Origin: Gammaproteobacteria bacterium
GTDB taxonomy: Bacteria; Pseudomonadota; Gammaproteobacteria; GCA-002705445; GCA-002716945
DNA: 64,000 bases
Direction of reading: 5' to 3'
NCBI GenBank assembly: GCA_030835925.1
Contig: JAURQW010000010.1
Span: forward strand, 17,867-81,866
Part shown: piece by piece, positions 17,197-24,154 of the stretch
Layout: each line of letters begins with the position of its first letter
How positions within the stretch are numbered: the first letter of the stretch is position 1
The notes under the pieces: model-generated
Told to the model about the DNA's origin: nothing
The model's database searches: none
The model's input: the letters and a program-made list of their open reading frames with translations, nothing else
Program-made: the position numbers and the translations under genes

Positions 17197-19869
17197 TATA
17201 ATCTTATTTTTAATTTTATTATGTTTAATTTTATCTGGGAATATTTGTTCCATATGTTTTGCAAAATAACCAAAATCATCTTTCCCTAAATTCAGAAAAG
17301 TTTCTAATTTAATGAAATTAATACCAATTAGCTTGAGTTGATCAGAAAATTCATTATTTAAACTGTCCACATAGTCTTTTGAATGTTTCTCATTAGACAT
17401 CATTATATCCAAATCTTTATTTTGATCTCTTATATATTTAATTCTTGCACAACATTTTTCAAAAGATTTATTATCAACATTTTCACAAATAGTAATTCCC
17501 CATAGAAACTCAACACGATTTATCTCTTTTACATTTTTCAAGACATTCATAGAAAAATTATATGGGAACCATGTAATATTATTCATTTTTTTTAGCATGT
17601 TAATAATCATATACTTGAATTGTTTTTCGGTATTATTATTAGCATATCTTTGTCCTTCTGTAGTTAGAGTAATTATATTATCAGTATGGTCTCTTATCAT
17701 TCCTGCTCGATAAGCATATGGTATAAGATTATTGTCAATTTTTTTATTATGAATATCACTATATTTCTTTTTAACGTCTGATTTTGTTAATTCTTCTTTA
17801 GAAAATACCCCAATTCCTTTATCAATTAGATTTTTCCATCCAGCAAATGCCATTCGTACAATATTAAATTTTGTTTTCGAAGAAACTATCTTTTCTGTAC
17901 TAAGTGTTTTTTTTAGTAATTTTATTTTTCCAGAATTTAATTTTGCAATTTCAAGTCTAATATTCTTTGAAATATTCTGCATGTTAATATCTTTATGATA
18001 AGATTTTACCTTGATTTTTCCACCTCCATTAGGGGTAGCAACTGATGTTGATAAATTAATCTTATCAATTTCATCTTCTAAACTTTTATCATGCGCTTTG
18101 ATTGCTTCAATTATTTCAAAAACATGTAAGAACTTTTTCCGATTATATTTTTTATCATATTTATCAATAATTATAGGAATAAATATTTTAGCAATCTTAT
18201 TTGGTCTATCTTTAGGTATTCTGAGACATCTTCCTACTGCTTGAACAATATCTATAACAGATTGTCTTCTTTCCGCGAATACTACACAATCTACATCTGG
18301 CACATCTATTCCTTCAGTAAGACATTTTGCATTAGTTAGAACTGCTTTTTTGGAATTCCTGAATTCTGACATTATACCTTTTCTAGTATCATCAGTTTTC
18401 TTTGAACTTATGGAGTCTACAAAATAATCCTTATTCTTAGTCAAATGGGATATTGCATTTGCTTTTGTATTTGCAGAGTTAATGCTATTAGTAAATACTA
18501 ATATTTTATTAGTGGAATAATTATCAATAAGTTTTTTAATTCCATCTGCAATTATCAAATCAAAGTTTTGAAACTTTTCGTTCTCAATTAAAGTATGTTT
18601 ATCAAGATGTAATCTACCTAAATCATCATCATATATTTCAATAATTATTTCATAATCAGCAATTACCCCTGCGTCTATGGCATCTCTGAATGAGTAGTGA
18701 TGGAATTCATTCCCATAATCATCTGTATCATCCATAGAATAAAAATCTAAACTCTCTATTTCTGCACTTGCTTTAATATTAGGTTTTAAAACTCTTGGTG
18801 TTGCAGTCATGAATAATTTCTTCTTAGTTAGTACATTAAAGCATGATTGATACTTCCTTTTTGCTACTCCGGCGGTTCTATGCGCTTCATCAATAAATGT
18901 TAAATCAAACTGAATTGATTTAGATGCTTCTAAGACTTTTGGTAAAGAATCATACGTAGATAAAATAACTATTGAGTCATCTATTTCAAGGAAATTTTTT
19001 ATTACTTGAGGATCAGTTGTATAATATGTGCCTAATTCACTCAGATCAATATCATAACGATCATCATCACTATCTGGTTTAAAAGAACTAACAACACAAA
19101 GAAATTTAAATTCTTTAGATCTGTATTTCAACCATTCATCTATAGTTTGTTTTACAAGATAGATACTTGGTACAACGAAAAGCGTTTTTTTACACTCAAG
19201 TTCTTCTTTTATCAGTAAAGAAGTAATAGTTTTACCTGTTCCACATGCAGAGATAAATTTTCCTTTATTTGTATGTTTAAATCCATCACATACATCATTT
19301 ACAGCAGTAGTCTGGTAAGATCTTGCTTCAAGTTTGTTACGTATGATTTCTTTATCTTGAATATATGCGGTAAGATTTTGGAAAAATAACTTATTTAGAA
19401 TATCTAAATCATTAAAAAGAATCACTCTAGGTATTTTTTGATTGTCTTTAAAGAATTCATGAGATATAGTTTTTACATTCGAAAATACATACCATCCGTC
19501 AAGTCTCTGACCTACTTGATATGATGTCATAAGTTTGTCAGCACCAATCTTTCTGTTCGACATAAACTTTGTCTGATAATTAAATATACTACCATCAGAG
19601 TGTATAACAATACCGTCACATCCACGTTCTTTTCCACTTTTAGGTTGTAAATTATATTTATTTTTTAGACTTTCTGGTATTTCATCAAAATGGTAGATTT
19701 CTTTTATTTGATATTTATCCTTATTTAAAAAAAAGTAAATGTAATTAAAATATTCAAATAAATCACCTTTATATGTTGTATCACCAATATTAGATAACTT
19801 ATCTTCTAATTCAGAAAAATTATTAAACTTATTTTTAATAAAGAAATCTTTACATTTAATAGTATTCAT
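17185..19869 (-). CDS. Mrr-like (PD-(D/E)xK variant) nuclease fused to an SF2 DEAH helicase/translocase (Type ISP / HsdR / Res-like), with an uncharacterised ~300-aa C-terminal region
   Basis: 894 aa. The N-terminus reads KGDLFEYF...ERGCDGIVIHSDGSIFNYQTKF (Mrr-type FE...D-G-[IV]...Q-x-K). Helicase motifs are ARSYQ, ACGTGKT (I), FIDEAHR (II), MTATP (III), TEGIDVPDVD (V) and QAVGRCLR (VI). The 3' end overlaps the MTase gene convergently by 12 bp. Confidence 0.85.
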   Translation of the reverse strand: MNTIKCKDFFIKNKFNNFSELEDKLSNIGDTTYKGDLFEYFNYIYFFLNKDKYQIKEIYHFDEIPESLKNKYNLQPKSGKERGCDGIVIHSDGSIFNYQTKFMSNRKIGADKLMTSYQVGQRLDGWYVFSNVKTISHEFFKDNQKIPRVILFNDLDILNKLFFQNLTAYIQDKEIIRNKLEARSYQTTAVNDVCDGFKHTNKGKFISACGTGKTITSLLIKEELECKKTLFVVPSIYLVKQTIDEWLKYRSKEFKFLCVVSSFKPDSDDDRYDIDLSELGTYYTTDPQVIKNFLEIDDSIVILSTYDSLPKVLEASKSIQFDLTFIDEAHRTAGVAKRKYQSCFNVLTKKKLFMTATPRVLKPNIKASAEIESLDFYSMDDTDDYGNEFHHYSFRDAIDAGVIADYEIIIEIYDDDLGRLHLDKHTLIENEKFQNFDLIIADGIKKLIDNYSTNKILVFTNSINSANTKANAISHLTKNKDYFVDSISSKKTDDTRKGIMSEFRNSKKAVLTNAKCLTEGIDVPDVDCVVFAERRQSVIDIVQAVGRCLRIPKDRPNKIAKIFIPIIIDKYDKKYNRKKFLHVFEIIEAIKAHDKSLEDEIDKINLSTSVATPNGGGKIKVKSYHKDINMQNISKNIRLEIAKLNSGKIKLLKKTLSTEKIVSSKTKFNIVRMAFAGWKNLIDKGIGVFSKEELTKSDVKKKYSDIHNKKIDNNLIPYAYRAGMIRDHTDNIITLTTEGQRYANNNTEKQFKYMIINMLKKMNNITWFPYNFSMNVLKNVKEINRVEFLWGITICENVDNKSFEKCCARIKYIRDQNKDLDIMMSNEKHSKDYVDSLNNEFSDQLKLIGINFIKLETFLNLGKDDFGYFAKHMEQIFPDKIKHNKIKNKIILIE

Positions 19870-19905
19870 CTAAATATTTTGGCATATTATGCATTACAAT
19901 GATAT

Positions 19906-20600
19906 ATGATCAAATTTAAAAACTTAGAACTTATTAAATCCTTATATGCTTATCAGAATGTTAAAATTACTGAGATTGTTGATTCTTATGACGACGCTAT
20001 CTTGTGTAGAAAAATATTAAGTAAAAGTTATAATTGGAGTTTACATGATACTCAACAACTCAATAATATATTAAAAAACACAAGTCATCATTCAGATATA
20101 AGAAATAATAAAGAATATGCGTTTAATATAATTACTAACTGGTTAATAGAAGACTTAATTTATGAAACACTAAGCATAGATTATGGAGTTACAAAAAAAT
20201 AGGATCTGATAATAATAGAAAACTACTGAATGGAAGAAATATTACTTCTGAACCTGATCTCTTAATCTCTTTAAAGAATAATATTATGATTGAAATTATT
20301 GCTAATTATCCCATAAAAGATTATTCATCATTTTGGGAGAAAGAGTTATATTTTGATTTAAGAGATAATAAAATGAATTCATTGCTAGATAGATGTAAGA
20401 CAAATAGAGTATTGATTATTGGCGTTGTTGTTGAAAAAAAACAGATTTTTATTATGGAGATTAATTCTGATACATCATTTCAACAAATCAGAAGTGAATC
20501 AAATTTTGGTTTCAAAAAAACATCTAGAATACACTTTCATGGCAGAAAAATAAAGTTGTATCCTATCTCGTCTCTTAATACAATTATAAGAAATATCTAA
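19906..20600 (+). pseudogene. Hypothetical ~231-aa ORF interrupted at an A7 tract (halves 19906-20202 and 20166/20286-20600); weak PD-(D/E)xK-like pattern
   Basis: ORF1 ends ...GVTKK-TAG immediately after A7 (20193-20199). The frame of ORF2 is open from 20166, and a -1 shift in the A-run joins them: ...VTKKIGSDNNRKLLNGRNITSEPDLLISLKNNIMIEIIANYP... The pattern E(LIEDL)...PD...IEI is reminiscent of restriction nucleases but has no clear lysine. Confidence 0.5.
20193..20199 (+). other. A7 homopolymer / A_AAA_AAA slippery heptamer directly followed by TAG
   Basis: In ORF1 frame the codons are aca aaa aaa tag. A -1 slip, or an A7-to-A8 change, continues in the frame of 20286-20600. Confidence 0.6.
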
Positions 20601-20637
20601 ATACCACATATCTTTTTTACTATTCAATAAAAACTAA

Positions 20638-20721
20638 TACCGATAATCAGAATCGAACTGATACTCTCTTGCGAGAATCGGATTTTGAATCCGACGCGTC
20701 TACCTATTCCGCCATATCGGC
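20638..20721 (-). tRNA. tRNA-Leu (anticodon CAA), intact, carried inside the island
   Basis: Minus strand: GCCGATA-TG-GCG-GAATAGGTAGA-CGC-G-TCGGA-TTCAAAA-TCCGA-TTCTCGCAAGAGAGT-ATCAG-TTCGATT-CTGAT-TATCGGT-A. It has the class II long variable arm. All stems pair (1-72 is G-U). No CCA is encoded. Confidence 0.9.
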
Positions 20722-20732
20722 ATTAGTCATTT

Positions 20733-20760
20733 ATCATACCAAAAACACAAACATTTTGAA
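20733..20760 (-). promoter_or_regulatory. Candidate promoter of the island tRNA-Leu (TTCAAA-16 nt-TATGAT)
   Basis: On the minus strand the -10 TATGAT at 20738-20733 lies 11 nt upstream of tRNA position 1. The -35 is at 20760-20755 and overlaps an inverted AATGTTTGTG motif copy (20746-20757). Confidence 0.35.
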
Positions 20761-20774
20761 AAGGCGTATGCACG

Positions 20775-20802
20775 AAAAAATGTTTGTGCAATGTTTGTGG
20801 TA
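20775..20802. repeat. 28-bp direct repeat AAAAAATGTTTGTGCAATGTTTGTGGTA, right copy
   Basis: 27/28 identical to 15121-15148. An additional inverted copy of the motif (CACAAACATTTT) is at 20746-20757 and a partial copy (AATGTTTGG) at 20915-20923. Confidence 0.85.
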
Positions 20803-20825
20803 ATTATTGTCTAATACTCAATAGG

Positions 20826-20848
20826 TATAAGGGGTTTGATTCATACAG
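20826..20848. repeat. Right subterminal inverted repeat TATAAGGGGTTTGATTCATACAG
   Basis: Reverse complement matches 15074-15097 (see the left copy). Confidence 0.8.
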
Positions 20849-20853
20849 TTTTG

Positions 20854-20891
20854 TTTTGAATCCCTCGTGTCTACCATTCCACCACTTCGCC
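20854..20891 (-). pseudogene. 5' half of the interrupted tRNA-Leu(CAA): acceptor 5' strand, D arm, 5' anticodon stem and loop
   Basis: Minus-strand read: GGCGAAG-TG-GTG-GAATGGTAGA-CAC-G-AGGGA-TTCAAAA. It pairs with the 3' half at 15008-15060. Positions 20854-20862 are the 9-bp repeat TTTTGAATC. Confidence 0.85.
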
Positions 20892-20901
20892 AGAGAAGAT
20901 A

Positions 20902-20930
20902 ATTGTAACAAATTAATGTTTGGCATCCAA
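20902..20930 (-). promoter_or_regulatory. Candidate native promoter of the interrupted tRNA-Leu (TTGGAT-17 nt-TACAAT)
   Basis: On the minus strand the -10 TACAAT at 20907-20902 lies 10 nt upstream of tRNA position 1, with the -35 at 20930-25. It would now transcribe the 5' half and read into the island toward the intact tRNA. Confidence 0.35.
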
Positions 20931-20948
20931 ATATGATACAATTTAATT

Positions 20949-21146
20949 ATGGATATAATGACATACATGATTGTTGCCATAGTAATTGTTATCTTTGCTT
21001 TTTATATTATAACTCAAATAAAGTTATCCAAAAAAATTGCTCTCAGAGACACTACGCTAGAGAATATTGAAGAAAAGCTTAAGAAACATAAGTTAATCGG
21101 TGGCAGACATAAGAGAACTAATAAAAAAAATCCTCCAATAGTCTAG
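20949..21146 (+). CDS. Hypothetical small membrane protein
   Basis: 65 aa with one strongly hydrophobic N-terminal helix (MIVAIVIVIFAFYIITQI) and a basic tail. No recognisable family. Coding status is uncertain. Confidence 0.3.
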   Translation: MDIMTYMIVAIVIVIFAFYIITQIKLSKKIALRDTTLENIEEKLKKHKLIGGRHKRTNKKNPPIV

Positions 21147-21147
21147 T

Positions 21148-21588
21148 TTAGTTATTTTTTTTTGCTGATCTAGCTCGTTTAGCCATTTCAGGCGAATATG
21201 CCTCACCTGACCACAGCATACTGTACACAATTTCTTCGTTACCATTTTCACAGACATCTATTACTTTTTGAAATAATGGTTGAAATGTATCACTTTTATG
21301 AGAATTTTCATGATCTTCATATGTTTTCCAAAAAGTTATTATCAAAGCTTCACGATCTTTAAGGTCAGATTCTAAAGCCTTGCCTATATTACTACCTTCA
21401 TTCGAGATTTGGCCACTGTTTAGAACTACCATACCACCTATAAAGCCTGTATCTGAGTGATAAGTTTTTACATTTTCACACATCAGCGCTACTCTTTCCT
21501 GAAGGTCATCGAGCGTATACTCTTTTTTCAAAATTACGCGATTAATTGTAACAATGCCGTCAAAAGGAAAATTATTTATTAAACTCAT
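21148..21588 (-). CDS. Hypothetical protein, possibly ABM/ferredoxin-like alpha+beta barrel domain
   Basis: 146 aa with non-repetitive composition. The segment LIITFWKTYEDHENSHKSDTFQPLF resembles ABM-domain proteins. The functional call is weak. Confidence 0.4.
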   Translation of the reverse strand: MSLINNFPFDGIVTINRVILKKEYTLDDLQERVALMCENVKTYHSDTGFIGGMVVLNSGQISNEGSNIGKALESDLKDREALIITFWKTYEDHENSHKSDTFQPLFQKVIDVCENGNEEIVYSMLWSGEAYSPEMAKRARSAKKNN

Positions 21589-21688
21589 AGTTCATTAGAA
21601 CAAATAATTAAAATTAAATCAATATAAGTATATACTTATATACAATAATATTGACATGAGTTTGAGACAATATATTATTTTTGTTTAC

Positions 21689-22720
21689 ATGAATAACACT
21701 TCTATAGATTTATATGATTATAATTTGCCAAAAGAGCAAATTGCCAGTGAACCATTAGATCACAGAGAACAGTCAAAGCTACTACATCTAACTTATAATG
21801 ATTTGCAGACCTATGAGCGAAAATTTTATGACTTATTAGATGTTTTAAATCCTGGTGACTTACTAATATTGAATAATACTAGAGTCATTCCAGCAAGAAT
21901 TAACATGCATAAGGAAACAGGTGGAAAAATCGAAATACTTTTTCATAGGAAAATTACCAATGAGATTTGTGAAGCTATATTCTCATCATCGCGACCACCA
22001 AAGATTAATACAACTTTAATTATGAATGATAATAAAATATTTAAAGTACTGTCTCTAACCAAAAATATCATAACTTTGAAATCAATAAATAATATGAGCA
22101 TTTTTGAAATATATGAAAAATATGGTGAAGTACCATTGCCTAAATATATTAAAAGAGCAGTCTCTAATACTGATAAGAAGAAATATCAAACTGTTTATGC
22201 AGAATCTAATGGATCAGTAGCAGCGCCCACAGCAGGTTTGCATTTTACCGATGATATGATCAAAAAGTTAATCGATAAAGGAATTAATATTAAATTTATA
22301 ACTCTTCATATAAGTTATAATACATTTAAACCTATAACTAGCGAGAGCTATCTAGATCATGAAATTGGAAGCGAGTATATTAATATTGAAGATGATATAT
22401 TTTCAATGATCAATAAAACTAAAAAATTAAAAAAAAGAGTTATAGCTGTGGGAACCACGGTTACACGAGCTATTGAGTTTTGTTATACAAATAATATTCA
22501 AAAAGCTTATAATGGTCCTGCGGATTTATTTATTTATCCTGGTTATAATTTTATAGCAGTTGACTGTATAATTACAAATTTTCACTTGCCAAAATCATCA
22601 TTGTTATTATTAGTATGTGCTTTTTTTGGTAAAGATAGAATTATTGATACATACAATTTTGCAGTTAAAAAAAAATATCGGTTCTATAGTTTTGGCGACT
22701 GTATGTTTTTGGAAAAATAA
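21689..22720 (+). CDS. queA: S-adenosylmethionine:tRNA ribosyltransferase-isomerase
   Basis: YNLPKEQIASEPLDHREQSKLL, APTAGLHFT and VGTTVTRA motifs. The track ORF opens at 21656; I prefer ATG 21689 (MNNTSIDLYDY), which matches the usual QueA N-terminus. queA-tgt-yajC-secDF synteny. Confidence 0.9.
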   Translation: MNNTSIDLYDYNLPKEQIASEPLDHREQSKLLHLTYNDLQTYERKFYDLLDVLNPGDLLILNNTRVIPARINMHKETGGKIEILFHRKITNEICEAIFSSSRPPKINTTLIMNDNKIFKVLSLTKNIITLKSINNMSIFEIYEKYGEVPLPKYIKRAVSNTDKKKYQTVYAESNGSVAAPTAGLHFTDDMIKKLIDKGINIKFITLHISYNTFKPITSESYLDHEIGSEYINIEDDIFSMINKTKKLKKRVIAVGTTVTRAIEFCYTNNIQKAYNGPADLFIYPGYNFIAVDCIITNFHLPKSSLLLLVCAFFGKDRIIDTYNFAVKKKYRFYSFGDCMFLEK

Positions 22721-23821
<1,101 letters not shown>

Positions 23822-23828
23822 GGATATT

Positions 23829-24152
23829 ATGAACTTTATTGAAATTGCGAATGCAGCAACAGAAACACAAGAACCATCAGCACTAGGTTTTTTATTACCT
23901 ATATTTATTTTAGTTTTAATGTATTTTATTTTGATACGACCTCAATCTAAAAAACTTAAAGAACATAAGCAAATGTTAACAGAGCTGAAAGTTGGAGATG
24001 AAATATCTACTGCTGGAGGTCTATTGGGTAAAATTATAAAAGTAGGTGAGTCATATATACAACTTAAGATATCTGATAATGTCGACATAAAACTACAGAA
24101 ATCATCTGTAAACAAGATACTCCCAAAGAATTCATTGGAGTCAATTAAATAA
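23829..24152 (+). CDS. yajC: Preprotein translocase subunit YajC
   Basis: 107 aa. TM helix then RPQSKKLKEHKQML..LKVGDEI.T.GG..GKI. Confidence 0.9.
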   Translation: MNFIEIANAATETQEPSALGFLLPIFILVLMYFILIRPQSKKLKEHKQMLTELKVGDEISTAGGLLGKIIKVGESYIQLKISDNVDIKLQKSSVNKILPKNSLESIK

Positions 24153-24154
24153 AA

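Larger units (their letters stand above)
15062..20853. mobile_element. ~5.8 kb inserted genomic island in tRNA-Leu(CAA), carrying an R-M-like cassette and a replacement tRNA-Leu(CAA); no recombinase gene found
   Basis: Bounded by the two tRNA halves and the 9-bp direct repeats, with subterminal inverted repeats (15074-15097 / 20826-20848) and 28-bp direct repeats (15121-15148 / 20775-20802). The content (MTases, nuclease-helicase) is typical accessory cargo. Confidence 0.75.

Noticed and set aside
15062-20853. Search for an integrase, transposase or excisionase within or adjacent to the island.
   Set aside because: All ORFs of 60 aa or more in the interval are MTases, the nuclease-helicase, the split hypothetical ORF or antisense shadow ORFs. 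The flanking genes are a PfkB kinase, a 65-aa membrane peptide and an ABM-like protein. None shows tyrosine-recombinase (R..HxxR..Y), serine-recombinase or DDE-like patterns that I could recognise. I therefore make no recombinase call.
15008-20891. Interpreting the tRNA-Leu interruption as a group I or group II intron in the anticodon loop.
   Set aside because: The insert is ~5.8 kb and contains four protein genes on both strands plus another tRNA with its own promoter. It is bounded by a 9-bp direct repeat and terminal repeats. I see no reverse transcriptase/maturase or homing endonuclease and no intron-like conserved helices. Mobile-island insertion is much more parsimonious.
20949-21588. 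Treating the 65-aa and 146-aa ORFs as part of the island cargo.
   Set aside because: They lie outside the right tRNA half and the 9-bp repeat, that is, on the host side of the junction. They may still be variable DNA, but the sequence gives no evidence that they belong to the inserted element.
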